A stretch of 64,000 nucleotides of DNA. Origin: Halobacteriaceae archaeon (GTDB lineage: Archaea > Halobacteriota > Halobacteria > Halobacteriales > Halobacteriaceae). Of this stretch, positions 38,935-47,990 are shown piece after piece. The stretch covers positions 1,424 through 65,423 of the forward strand of contig JBDGTJ010000012.1 in the NCBI GenBank assembly GCA_042216925.1, written 5' to 3'. Each line of letters begins with the position of its first letter. Position 1 is the first letter of the stretch. The notes below the pieces were generated by a model. It saw only the letters and a list, made by a program, of their open reading frames with translations, was not told the origin of the DNA and ran no database searches. The translations under genes and the position numbers were made by a program.

Positions 38935-39342
38935 CTACTCCCCGGTGGGGGCATCGTCGTCGGTCGGCGGGGTCAGGTAGTCGATGAACGCATCGACCGA
39001 CGGGTCGGTGACCTCGATCTCCACGGTGATGTCGCCGAGCTCGTCCGGGTTCCCCACCGCGAAGTTCACGGTGTCGTGGAAGGCGGCCTGCTTTTTCAAC
39101 GAGAACTCGAGGCGGTCGTCCGTCCGGGCGTCCCGCAACCGGGTCCGGGCGGCGTCGACGATGCGTTGCTCGACGAGTAACTCCCGGAACCGCTCGATCG
39201 AGTGGGTGGTCGCCACGACGCGATCGGAATCGACGGTGATCTCGGCGTCCGGGAAGATGGACTCGACGGCGCGGCGGACGCGGTCCCCGACCTCGGTCGG
39301 ATTCACCGGGGCGGTCACCGTGACGTCGATCGTGTAGTTCAT
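38935..39342 (-). CDS. UPF0201/COG1931 RNA-binding-domain protein
   Basis: 135 aa (MNYTIDVTVTAPVNPTEVGDRVRRAVESIFPDAEI...). It forms the conserved archaeal pairing with the upstream P-loop kinase-like gene, overlapping it by 4 nt. Confidence 0.65.
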   Translation of the reverse strand: MNYTIDVTVTAPVNPTEVGDRVRRAVESIFPDAEITVDSDRVVATTHSIERFRELLVEQRIVDAARTRLRDARTDDRLEFSLKKQAAFHDTVNFAVGNPDELGDITVEIEVTDPSVDAFIDYLTPPTDDDAPTGE

Positions 39343-39896
39343 GGGTCCGTCGCCTCCTGGAGCAGATCGGTGACCTGGGCTCTGAACGCGGTCAGGCTCT
39401 CGGTGTTCGAGACGGTGATATCGGCGCGGTCCATGGCTGCGTCCATCCCGAACCCGCGTTCCCGTTCGTCGCGTTCGCGCAGGGCTTGGCTATCGATGTC
39501 GGTCGCATCCCGGCCCCGGGCGCCGAGCCGGTCGGCGCGCACCTCGAAGGGCGCCTCGATACTCACCAGCGTAAAGTCCGCGCCGAAGGCCTCCTCGAAC
39601 CGTTCGACCTCGGCCGCCGATCGGATCCCGTCGACGACAACCGTGTCGGTCCGCGGGTCGGCGAGGTGATCCCGGATCCGGGGTAGGGTCCGGGCCGCGA
39701 TGGCGTCGGGGCCCTCCTCCTCGCGGAGCTGGGTCGCGACCGCGCCGTGGTCCTCGGCGGGATCGAGGCCCCGGGCCTCGGTCTCAGCCCGGACGACGTC
39801 TCCCATCACCACCACCGGGATCCCCAACTCCTCGGCGACGGCAGCGAACTCGCCTTTCCCGCTCCCCGGGAGGCCGACGGTCCCGATAACACCCAT
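39339..39896 (-). CDS. P-loop nucleotide kinase-like protein (UPF0200 / dephospho-CoA-kinase-like)
   Basis: Internal ATG (MGVIGTVGLPGSGKGEFAAVAEELG...), with a Walker A at the N-terminus. The longer ORF version (to 39992) would overlap the tRNA, so I did not use it. Confidence 0.75.
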   Translation of the reverse strand: MGVIGTVGLPGSGKGEFAAVAEELGIPVVVMGDVVRAETEARGLDPAEDHGAVATQLREEEGPDAIAARTLPRIRDHLADPRTDTVVVDGIRSAAEVERFEEAFGADFTLVSIEAPFEVRADRLGARGRDATDIDSQALRERDERERGFGMDAAMDRADITVSNTESLTAFRAQVTDLLQEATDP

Positions 39897-39986
39897 CGTC
39901 GCCGGGTAGACGACAGGACTGTAAAACGTCTGCGAACCCCGGTGGACCCGCAACTTGTTTGGGTCGCCCCGATAGAGAGCGCGGTA

Positions 39987-40061
39987 GGGCACGTAGCTCA
40001 GCTCGGACAGAGCGTCTGGCTTCTAACCAGATGGTCGTGGGTTCGAATCCCACCGTGCCCG
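39987..40061 (+). tRNA. tRNA-Arg (anticodon UCU)
   Basis: GGGCACGTAGCTCAGCTCGGACAGAGCGTCTGGCTTCTAACCAGATGGTCGTGGGTTCGAATCCCACCGTGCCCG. It has a 7-bp acceptor stem (GGGCACG/CGTGCCC), an anticodon stem TCTGG/CCAGA with loop CTTCTAA, and a T-arm GTGGG-TTCGAAT-CCCAC. No CCA is encoded. Confidence 0.93.
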
Positions 40062-40230
40062 TCACGGACCGACCGAGCGGTATGACAGATGGCGTTCATA
40101 CCTCACTATGAAGGCTCCCCGCTTTTGACGGTACCATCCTTCCTAGCTCGTGGGCGGCCGTGCCCCATTGACCCCGTGGCCGCCCCACGCAGTCCGGACA
40201 GTCCGGGGTCGACCGCTCCGTCGACCCCGT

Positions 40231-41319
40231 TCACCCGAAGGCCTCGAACTCCGTTCGTTCCTCGGGCACCCCGAGGGCCTCGACGGCGTCGACGAGACTG
40301 GTCACCATCGCGGTCACCCCACACGCGTAGACGTCCATCTCCTCCGGGTCTAACCGCTCGTCGACCGACGCGACCGGGTCGGATTCGAGGGCGTCGGCGA
40401 ACGCCTCAGGAAGCGATCCCTTGATACTCGTGGGGTCGACGTGGTTCGCGAGAACGTACTGGACGTAGGCCGTCTCGCCACCCCAGTCGGTGAGCAACGA
40501 CTCACGACTGAGCGTCGGGACGTAATGGAAGTTCTCGCGGTCCTCGGCGAGGTCGGCGAACGCAGCGTGGTAGGGCAGGTCGTCTGCCCACCGGGCGCCG
40601 AGGAACAGCCAGACGTCCCGTGTGACGTCGTCGACGACGTCCTCGCCCGCTGCGAACAGAGATAGGATCATCGACCGGAACGGGGCGACGCCGGTCCCGG
40701 TCGCCAGGAAGACGACGTCCCGGGTGGAGGATTCCTGTAATGTGAGTTCGCCGTACGGGCCACGGACCGTGAGTTCGGTGTCCGGGACGAGCTGGTCGAT
40801 GAGCGTCGGGGTGAGGCGACCGCCGGGAACTCGTCGGATGCAGAACTCGAGGGTGTCGTCCCCGACCGGGCTGGCGATCGAGTACGGGCGGGTGACGTCC
40901 TGATACCGCAACGAGAGGTACTGACCCGGGTCGAAGGCAATCGGTTCGGCGGGGTCGACGGACAGGGAGAGCAGCGACGGGTAGGGTCTGAGGTACCGCG
41001 CCTGGAGGCTTCGGACGGCCTCGCCTGCGGCTGCGTCGCGGGCCGCGTCGGGGAGGTATCGGTCCATCCCACCCGCCTCCTCGACGTGGTCGCGGGCGTC
41101 GAGGCGGTCCCGGAGCCAGTGCCGGCGTTCCTCGGGGTCGTCGGGCGTGTCGTCGGCGTAGGCTGCGGTGCCATGGGTGAGAAGCACCGCATCGAGGGTG
41201 GCGATGACCTCCTCGGTACGGTTGCGGTCGAGCGGGTCGCGACCGGTGACGACGGCCGACTCGGTGACCAGCGGCGAATCGCCGGGGTCGTGATGGGCGA
41301 GGTGATGGCGGATGTCCAT
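40231..41319 (-). CDS. Ferredoxin-NADP reductase-like FAD/NAD(P)-binding oxidoreductase with an N-terminal extension of about 110 aa
   Basis: RPYSIAS is the FAD-binding motif and FLATGTGVAPFRSM is the NAD(P)-binding motif. The N-terminal 110 residues match no domain I recognise. Confidence 0.8.
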   Translation of the reverse strand: MDIRHHLAHHDPGDSPLVTESAVVTGRDPLDRNRTEEVIATLDAVLLTHGTAAYADDTPDDPEERRHWLRDRLDARDHVEEAGGMDRYLPDAARDAAAGEAVRSLQARYLRPYPSLLSLSVDPAEPIAFDPGQYLSLRYQDVTRPYSIASPVGDDTLEFCIRRVPGGRLTPTLIDQLVPDTELTVRGPYGELTLQESSTRDVVFLATGTGVAPFRSMILSLFAAGEDVVDDVTRDVWLFLGARWADDLPYHAAFADLAEDRENFHYVPTLSRESLLTDWGGETAYVQYVLANHVDPTSIKGSLPEAFADALESDPVASVDERLDPEEMDVYACGVTAMVTSLVDAVEALGVPEERTEFEAFG

Positions 41320-41376
41320 TCTCAGGGTCGGTACCCACTGTGCCGCTGGGGCCCGTGGCAGGCGCCTCGCTTCTTG

Positions 41377-41526
41377 TCACATTAGGCCTTCGATGTCTTC
41401 GAAGTCGGCGTGACAGAAAGGACAGCGGTAGGTCGTTCGGAAGCCGCTTGATTGTGCCACGGTACGCGTTTCGAGTTCGTGCATCGCGATGCTCTCTTCG
41501 CAGTCCGGGCAGTCAAGCGTCGGCAC
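41377..41526 (-). CDS. 49-aa four-Cys zinc-finger/rubredoxin-like micro-protein
   Basis: My translation gives (GTG)PTLDCPDCEESIAMHELETRTVAQSSGFRTTYRCPFCHADFEDIEGLM. It has two CPxC knuckles and lies 57 nt upstream of the FNR-like gene on the same strand. It is below the 60-aa cut-off of the ORF track. Confidence 0.5.
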   Translation of the reverse strand: MPTLDCPDCEESIAMHELETRTVAQSSGFRTTYRCPFCHADFEDIEGLM

Positions 41527-41628
41527 GCCTAGCCATTGACCCCATACCCCCTTAAATCCACAGGGGGCGGGCCGAACGAGTCGCCGGGACCACCCACCTT
41601 ATGCCCCTGTCCCGCGAACGGCCTGCCG

Positions 41629-42642
41629 ATGATCGATTTGCGGAGTGATACCGTGACGAAACCCTCGGCGGCGATGCGGGAGGCCGCCCGCGACGCCGAG
41701 GTCGGCGACGACGTCCACGAGGACGATCCCACCGTCAAGGAACTGGAGGCCGCGGCCGCCGACAAGGTCGGCATGGAGGCGGCGCTGTTCGTGCCAAGCG
41801 GGACCATGGGCAACCAGGCAGCGATCCGCACGCACACCGACCGCGGCCAGGAGGTCATCGTCGACCGACAGGCCCACGTCTACAAGTACGAGGTCGGAGG
41901 GCTCGCCCAACTCGGGAGTCTGCAGGTGCGACCCGTCGATGCCGACCGCGGGATCCCGACCCCGGCGGAGGTCGAAGCGGCCTTCGTCGCCGAGGATATC
42001 CACCGTCCTGGCACCGGGTTACTCACCCTGGAAAACACCCACAACAGTCGTGGCGGCCTCGCGATCGCCCCGGCGGCGATCGAGGCGGCCGCCGACGCCG
42101 CCCACGACCGGGGGATTCCGGTGCATCTCGACGGCGCCCGCATGTTCAACGCCGCCGTCGCTCGTGATGTCCCGATCACCGCCATCACCGATCCCGTCGA
42201 CTCCGTGATGTTCTGTCTCTCCAAGGGGTTGGGCGCCCCCGTCGGCTCGATCGTCGCCGGCTCCGAGCCGTTCATCACCAGGGTGCGGCGCACCCGGAAA
42301 CTGTTGGGTGGCGGGATGCGCCAGGCCGGCCTCATCGCAGCACCGGGGCTGCTCGCGTTGGAGAACGTCGACCGGTTGGCGACCGATCACTCCAACGCCG
42401 ACCGGTTGGCCGACGGCCTCGACGACCTCCCCGGCCTCTCGGTGACTCCGCCCGAGACGAACATCGTCCTCGTCGACGTCACCGACACGGGCCACACCGC
42501 CGCGAGCTTCATCGACGTCATCGCCGACCACGGCGTCCAGGCATCGGAGTTCGGCGAGTACACCGTCCGATTCTGCACCCACCTCGATGTCGACCGTGAG
42601 GACATCGATGTCGCCATCGACCGCGTCGAATCGACACTCTGA
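41629..42642 (+). CDS. ltaE: Low-specificity L-threonine aldolase
   Basis: Internal ATG (MIDLRSDTVTKPSAAMREAARDAEVGDDVHEDDPTV...GTMGNQ). The PLP lysine is in CLSKGLGAPVGS. Confidence 0.9.
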   Translation: MIDLRSDTVTKPSAAMREAARDAEVGDDVHEDDPTVKELEAAAADKVGMEAALFVPSGTMGNQAAIRTHTDRGQEVIVDRQAHVYKYEVGGLAQLGSLQVRPVDADRGIPTPAEVEAAFVAEDIHRPGTGLLTLENTHNSRGGLAIAPAAIEAAADAAHDRGIPVHLDGARMFNAAVARDVPITAITDPVDSVMFCLSKGLGAPVGSIVAGSEPFITRVRRTRKLLGGGMRQAGLIAAPGLLALENVDRLATDHSNADRLADGLDDLPGLSVTPPETNIVLVDVTDTGHTAASFIDVIADHGVQASEFGEYTVRFCTHLDVDREDIDVAIDRVESTL

Positions 42643-42645
42643 GGG

Positions 42646-42777
42646 TCATCGGTTGCGGCCACGGTCCTGTCCCTCGCGGAACGCGAGGGCGGTTCGGCGC
42701 AAGAACAGGTAGACGAACAGCGTGAACACCAGGAGGAGCACGATGAACCCGACGGCGACCGGGTCCAGTTCGACCAT
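42646..42777 (-). CDS. 43-aa single-TM micro-protein
   Basis: MVELDPVAVGFIVLLLVFTLFVYLFLRRTALAFREGQDRGRNR, read from the internal ATG of ORF 42646..43074. It is divergent from the membrane-anchored regulator. Confidence 0.4.
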   Translation of the reverse strand: MVELDPVAVGFIVLLLVFTLFVYLFLRRTALAFREGQDRGRNR

Positions 42778-42863
42778 GCCTCCCCTGGGAGGGCGAACGG
42801 TGTAGGCGTTTCGGCGGCGACGTAAGATTATTATAGGCTTTCCGTTAATTGACAGTCGGTAGC

Positions 42864-43553
42864 ATGGCCGGGTTGCTTCCCTCCGAGACGGAAGTTGATG
42901 TCGACGACCCGGAGGCCGACCCTCGCGTCGTTGGCGTCGACACGGCGGACGCGGACGAAGTGCTGGGTGCGCTTTCCGCCGGGACAGCTCGCCGACTCCT
43001 CGCGGAACTCCACGACGAGCCGGCCACACCATCTGCACTCGCGGATGCCGCAGACACGTCCCTGCAGAACACACAGTACCACCTCCGGAAGCTCGAGGAG
43101 GCCGATCTCATCGAGGTTAGAGGGACGAGATACTCCGAGAAGGGGCGGGAGATGAACGTCTACGCCCCGACCGACGGACCCCTCGTCCTGTTCGCGGGTG
43201 ACGAAGAGGAGTCCGCCGGGGTCCAGGCCGCCCTCGCCCAGTTACTCGGGGGGATCGGCGTGTTGTCCGCGACCGGCGGCGTCATCAAATGGTGGCTGAG
43301 CCACAGTTCGACTACCGGCGGCGGGGCGGCCGGTGGCGAGGTCAGCGTCTCCCCGTCCGCCGACCTGAGCGGCGCCATCCACCAGGGTGGTACGCACCTC
43401 TCGACCGATCCCGGCATCATCTCGAAGGCGCCGGCGGCGTCGTTGGACACAGCGTTCGGAGTCGCCCCGGGCCTGTCCTTGTTCCTCGGCGGCGTCCTCG
43501 CGTTGCTGTTGGTTACGGTCTGGTGGGGCATCGAGAGTAAAGTCGGCGTTTGA
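42864..43553 (+). CDS. ArsR-like winged-helix regulator with two C-terminal TM helices
   Basis: ATG at 42864 (MAGLLPSETEVDVDD...). The wHTH is LLAELHDEPATPSALADAADTSLQNTQYHLRKLEEADLIEV. It is followed by hydrophobic helices (LLGGIGVLSATGGVIKWWL; LSLFLGGVLALLLVTVWWGI). An AT-rich candidate TATA lies at 42827-42837. Confidence 0.7.
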   Translation: MAGLLPSETEVDVDDPEADPRVVGVDTADADEVLGALSAGTARRLLAELHDEPATPSALADAADTSLQNTQYHLRKLEEADLIEVRGTRYSEKGREMNVYAPTDGPLVLFAGDEEESAGVQAALAQLLGGIGVLSATGGVIKWWLSHSSTTGGGAAGGEVSVSPSADLSGAIHQGGTHLSTDPGIISKAPAASLDTAFGVAPGLSLFLGGVLALLLVTVWWGIESKVGV

Positions 43554-43679
43554 GCATACGGTTCCTTCTTCTATCCACGACCCGTTGCTAGGCTTGCAGG
43601 CGCCTTGCCACCGGCCTGCACCCTGCCAGCCCCCTCCCTCTTCGCCGCCCGGTCCCCGGGTTTCCCTACCCCTCTTCGA

Positions 43680-44186
43680 TCACGCGACCAGAACATATTC
43701 CTGGCACCTGCCATCCCGGGTGACGATTCGAACGCGGAGACCGTCGTCGCACTCCCTGAGTTCGGCGTGGGTCGGCGGCCCACCTCGCGGCGTCGTGTGA
43801 CTCCCCGGGTTCAACAGGGTCAGGCCACCAACCTCGCCGATGCGGGGTCGGTGGGTGTGGCCGGCGATTACGAGTGCGGCGTCGTGGGCCCGACCCAGAT
43901 ATCCGAGCCCCGCGTCACCACTCGCCGATCGGTGGGTGACCACGAGCGTGCTGTCGCCGACCTCGACGGTGTCCGTGGCCGGTAGCCTCTCGCACACGCC
44001 GGCGACATCCCGGTTCCCGTGAACGGCCACCAGTCGCCCGGTGACCGCCTGGAACGCCTCGAGGACGGGTTGGGTGGTGAAATCCCCGGCGTGGATCACC
44101 CAATCCGCCCGTTCGACGGCCGCGGCGGTGTGGCCGGCGAGGCCGTGGCCCGTCTCGCGGTGGGTGTCGGCGAGGGCGACGATCAT
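43680..44186 (-). CDS. Metallophosphoesterase (YfcE/MJ0936 family)
   Basis: The motifs are ALADTH, HAGD, GNRD and GHTH. The protein is 168 aa. Confidence 0.88.
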   Translation of the reverse strand: MIVALADTHRETGHGLAGHTAAAVERADWVIHAGDFTTQPVLEAFQAVTGRLVAVHGNRDVAGVCERLPATDTVEVGDSTLVVTHRSASGDAGLGYLGRAHDAALVIAGHTHRPRIGEVGGLTLLNPGSHTTPRGGPPTHAELRECDDGLRVRIVTRDGRCQEYVLVA

Positions 44187-44207
44187 TTGGAGCTCACTGG
44201 CGGGGTC

Positions 44208-45152
44208 TCACTCCGGTTCGATGTACACCTTCTCGATGGCCCCATTGGCCTCGATCAACGCGTCCTCGATGTCGGTGATGCAGTCGTCGATCGTCGTGGT
44301 ATCGAGGTCGTCGACGAACGCGACGTCGGCGGTGATGACCACGCGGTCCGGGCCGAAGTACACCGACCGGAAATCCACGATGTCCAGGACCTCATCGAAC
44401 CCGGTCACGATCGCTCGCAGCCTGTTCTCGTCCTCGCTCGGGAGGCTCTCCCCGAGGATCAGTCGTTTGTTCTCCCAGGCCAACGCCAGCGCAAACCCCA
44501 TCAACATCACCCCGATCACCAATGCACCCACTGCATCGTAGACCGGGTTCCCGGTGTATCGAGAGAGGAAGACGCCGACCAACGCGATGCCGGCGCCGGC
44601 GATGGCGATGGTGTCCTCGGTCAATGCCGTCAACACGGTGACGTCACTCGTCTTCCGGAAGGCCTCCCGGAATCCGCTCCACCCGCGGGATTCGATCTGG
44701 CGGGCCATGTTCGCGTAGGCCTTGCTGAACGCGTACCCCTCGAATCCGATCGCGGCGAGCAAGACCGCGTAGTTCACGTACACCGCCGGGAACGTCACGT
44801 CGACCACCGGGAGCGTCGCGGTGCCGGCGGCGGGTTGGTGGGGATTTGTCAACGCGTGATAGCCGTGGCTCACGGACTCCCACCCGGCGATGCCAAACAG
44901 CAACACCGCCACCAGAAACGAGTAGAAGAACTGGGCCTTCCCGTACCCGAATGGATGTGCCCTCGAGGTGTCCCGTCGCCCGTACCGAATCCCCAACAAC
45001 AAGAACAGTTGGTTGCCGGTGTCCGAAATCGAGTGGTAGGTCTCGGACAACATGGACGGACTCCCCGTCAGGAGGTAGCCGATGAACTTCAGGACCGCGA
45101 TCACCCCGTTGGCGAACAAGGCGGCCACAACGACAGCCGTACTGGATGCCAT
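44208..45152 (-). CDS. Cation diffusion facilitator family transporter
   Basis: Internal ATG (MASSTAVVVAALFANGVIAVLKFIGYLLTGSPSMLSETYHSISD...). It has six TM helices plus a cytoplasmic C-terminal domain. The upstream ORF extension is Arg-rich. Confidence 0.88.
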   Translation of the reverse strand: MASSTAVVVAALFANGVIAVLKFIGYLLTGSPSMLSETYHSISDTGNQLFLLLGIRYGRRDTSRAHPFGYGKAQFFYSFLVAVLLFGIAGWESVSHGYHALTNPHQPAAGTATLPVVDVTFPAVYVNYAVLLAAIGFEGYAFSKAYANMARQIESRGWSGFREAFRKTSDVTVLTALTEDTIAIAGAGIALVGVFLSRYTGNPVYDAVGALVIGVMLMGFALALAWENKRLILGESLPSEDENRLRAIVTGFDEVLDIVDFRSVYFGPDRVVITADVAFVDDLDTTTIDDCITDIEDALIEANGAIEKVYIEPE

Positions 45153-45245
45153 TCGTCTCGTCTCGTGGTGGGACCGACCCGAAAAATAGCTGCGGGGTCG
45201 GCATGGGACCGCCACGCCTTTCTCATCACCGGATGACCGGGAGCC

Positions 45246-45740
45246 GTGTTCAGTCTGAACGTCCCGGTCCCCGGCGCCGTCCGCGGGCAGGCCGAGACGT
45301 TCCGCCCGCTGCTCGGGACCGGTGCCCGCGCCGAGTACACCCTGGTCGCGAAACGACTCGTCACTGCGACGCCCCGCCCTGTCATCGAGACACGGGTGCG
45401 CCAGGCCCTCGCCGACGTCAGCCCCTTTAGGGCGCGGACCACCCACGTCGACGTCTTCGAATCACCGACCACTGGCTCCGGGACGGTCGTCTACCTCGCC
45501 GTCGACAGCGACGGGCTGCATGCCGTCCACGAGACGCTGTGTGCGGTCGTCTCCCCGGTCCCCGACGTGGAGGGGGCCGAGTACACGCCCCACGTCACCC
45601 TCGGCCGCACCGACGATCCCGCCGTCGTCGAGGCAGTCCTGGACCGGGAGATCGATCCGGTGACCTGGACCGTCTCGACCCTGACGTTCTACGCTGCGGA
45701 CACCCACACTGTCACCGGGCAACTCACGCTGTCCCCCTAG
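45246..45740 (+). CDS. 2H phosphoesterase superfamily protein (LigT-like) with a variant first motif
   Basis: GTG start, 164 aa. The second HxT motif is intact (PHVTLGR). The first position reads EYTLVAKRL, with Tyr in place of His. Confidence 0.65.
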   Translation: MFSLNVPVPGAVRGQAETFRPLLGTGARAEYTLVAKRLVTATPRPVIETRVRQALADVSPFRARTTHVDVFESPTTGSGTVVYLAVDSDGLHAVHETLCAVVSPVPDVEGAEYTPHVTLGRTDDPAVVEAVLDREIDPVTWTVSTLTFYAADTHTVTGQLTLSP

Positions 45741-45741
45741 C

Positions 45742-47901
45742 TCACAGCGACGGGGGATCGCCGGGCCATGCGTCGTGGTCAGTGTAGAAGTTATGGAGGG
45801 CGTACCGGAGTTTCCCGGGGGCGATGTCGACGATCTCCTCGCGTTCGTCCTCCGGGAAGGTATCGTAGACGCTGTACGCGCCCAACTGGTCCGTGCCGGC
45901 GGCGGTGTACCGCCGGTCCAGGAGGACCCGTGCGCCGATCTCCTCCGGGGCTCTGAGGATGCGGCCCAGCGCCTGGCGGGTCTTCCGGACCGTCGGGATT
46001 TCGACCGCATACTGCCATCCTGCGTCCGGGTCGTCGAACCGACTGTCGTAGGCGTCCTGGATCGCCTCGCTCCGATCGTCGAGGTGTGGGTATGGCACAC
46101 CGACGACCGCGACGGCTCGAGCGGCGTCCCCGTCGAAGCTCACGCCTTCGGTCAACGTCCCCCACACCGACGTGCACAACACCGCATCGTCGGCCTCGAC
46201 GAACGCCTCTCGCAGTGGTTCTGACCGGGTTCCTGCCTGGTCGAGGAACCGTTCTGCATCGACCGCGTCGCCGAGTCGGTCGTGGTAGCGGGCCGCCTCG
46301 GCATAGCTCGGGAAGAACGCGAGGACGTTGCCTGCGGTGTAGCGGACGACGTCTGCCAACGCGTCGGTGAACGCGGCGACGACCTCGGGGTCGTCCCGTC
46401 GATTCGCGAACAGCGGCGGAAGGTCGACGGCGAGGGTCCGCCGATGGTCCGGCGGGAAGGACAGCCCGTGGGCGATGGTCTCGGGGCGATCGAGGCCGAG
46501 GACGTCTGCGGTCACGTCGAAGGGCCGCAACGTCGCGCTCATCAAGACACTGGCGTGGACCTTGTCGAAGAGATCCTCGGTCACGGCCCGGGGGAGACAG
46601 GTGTAGAGCTCGGCGCGACCGTAGACGTCGCCGGTTGCGGGGGCTTCTCGCACGCCGACGACCGGGTACTGGCCGGCGGCATCGCCGTCCTCGAGGTAGG
46701 TCTGGACGAACGTCGCTGCTTGCAGCGTCTGGCACTCGGTCCGGGTGCTCGTCTCGCCGCGGCGATAGGCGCGCTCGTAGCGGTCGTCCAGTTCCCGGCC
46801 CAGTTCGACGGCCTCGGCGAGGTCCCGGTGGATGCCCTGCCCCGCGTACCGGTCCAGGAAGGCGAGTGCGAGGTCGTCGCGACGATCGGAATTCCTGATG
46901 GGGATGTCGGTCCACTCGTCGCCGACGGACGCGGGCACCGACCGGTCGTAGACGTCGACGAGGGCGTGTCGGAACGCCGCTAACACGTTGGTGGCGGCGG
47001 CTGCGCGCCCGTCGGAGAGGTCCTCGAGTTCGGCGAGGGCCTGGTCGAGGGTGCGTTCGGTGAGGTGGCGAGCGGCGTGGTCGCGGGCGGCGTCTGCGAC
47101 GTTGTGGGCCTCGTCGAAGACGGTCAGGACCTCGGCTGGTTCCCGGTCGAGCCACCGGAAGAACTGTTCGCGGATGAACGGATCCAGGAGGTGATGGTAG
47201 TTACAGACGACGAGGTCGACGCGGTCTAACCCCTCTTTGAGGAGTTCGTACCCGCACAACCCCTGGGTGGCGGCGTACTCGTAGATCTCCTCGGGGGTGC
47301 GGACGTCGTCGAACAACCAGTCGTTGAACTGGGCGACCGCTGCTTCGTCGGTGAGGTTCCGGTAGTAGTGATCGCAGGTCCGGTCGGGGTCTCGGTCCGT
47401 TTCGATGTCCTCGCGTTCGGCGAGGATGCGTTCGCGGCGAGCGGCTGCATCCTCGTCACCGTCCCGGGCGGCGGCCAACAGGTCAGCGGCCTCCTCGGCG
47501 AGGTCCGCCGCCTCGCGTTCGGCCTCGACGTGATCGCGGGTTTCCTCCCGAAGCACCTGGCATTCCTCGTACCCCACGTCGATGTGGCACATCGAGGCTT
47601 TCCCGCGGAACACCACCGCGCGGATCGGTTCGGTGGCGTGGATCTCCCGGGCTTCGGCGATGAACTGCCGCATCTGCTGGTGGACGTTCGTGGTGATGAC
47701 GACGGTCCTATCGGTCTCGCGGGCGACATCCAGTGCCGGCGCCAGTGCCGCCAGGGTCTTGCCGGTGCCACACGCCCCCTCGAAGAGGACGTCCCGGCCA
47801 GCGGCCAGCGCCGGGCGGATCGTCGCCATCGCCTCGCGTTGACCGTCGTATGGCGACGGTTTGGGGAAGAACCGGAGATAGTCGTCGTCGGTGGCGGCCA
47901 C
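45742..47901 (-). CDS. rad3: XPD/Rad3-family ATP-dependent DNA helicase
   Basis: Walker A GACGTGKT and DEAH-like FDEAHN. A four-Cys FeS-domain pattern is present (SMCH, EEC, RTCDHY, GLCGYE). The helicase C-terminal motifs follow, and the protein is 719 aa. Confidence 0.9.
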   Translation of the reverse strand: MAATDDDYLRFFPKPSPYDGQREAMATIRPALAAGRDVLFEGACGTGKTLAALAPALDVARETDRTVVITTNVHQQMRQFIAEAREIHATEPIRAVVFRGKASMCHIDVGYEECQVLREETRDHVEAEREAADLAEEAADLLAAARDGDEDAAARRERILAEREDIETDRDPDRTCDHYYRNLTDEAAVAQFNDWLFDDVRTPEEIYEYAATQGLCGYELLKEGLDRVDLVVCNYHHLLDPFIREQFFRWLDREPAEVLTVFDEAHNVADAARDHAARHLTERTLDQALAELEDLSDGRAAAATNVLAAFRHALVDVYDRSVPASVGDEWTDIPIRNSDRRDDLALAFLDRYAGQGIHRDLAEAVELGRELDDRYERAYRRGETSTRTECQTLQAATFVQTYLEDGDAAGQYPVVGVREAPATGDVYGRAELYTCLPRAVTEDLFDKVHASVLMSATLRPFDVTADVLGLDRPETIAHGLSFPPDHRRTLAVDLPPLFANRRDDPEVVAAFTDALADVVRYTAGNVLAFFPSYAEAARYHDRLGDAVDAERFLDQAGTRSEPLREAFVEADDAVLCTSVWGTLTEGVSFDGDAARAVAVVGVPYPHLDDRSEAIQDAYDSRFDDPDAGWQYAVEIPTVRKTRQALGRILRAPEEIGARVLLDRRYTAAGTDQLGAYSVYDTFPEDEREEIVDIAPGKLRYALHNFYTDHDAWPGDPPSL

Positions 47902-47990
47902 AGTCCCGTTCGCAGGCGGGTCCCCGTAAAGGCCGCTGGTCCGGCCCCGGTATCCTTTTCAGTGCCGTTAGCCTACGTCAGACAGAGACC

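Noticed and set aside
39339-39992. The long (217-aa) version of the kinase-like ORF.
   Set aside because: Its first 32 codons overlap the tRNA-Arg 5' end and are basic. The internal ATG at 39896 puts the P-loop at the N-terminus, as expected.
39987-40230. tRNA-Arg as an integration hotspot for a provirus or genomic island.
   Set aside because: There is no integrase, no repeat of the tRNA 3' end and no compositional shift downstream. The flanking genes are ordinary housekeeping or metabolic genes.
45791-47155. A 454-aa minus-strand ORF overlapping the XPD helicase in another frame.
   Set aside because: It has an Arg/Pro-rich, basic composition and no domains. The helicase frame carries Walker A, DEAH and FeS Cys motifs.
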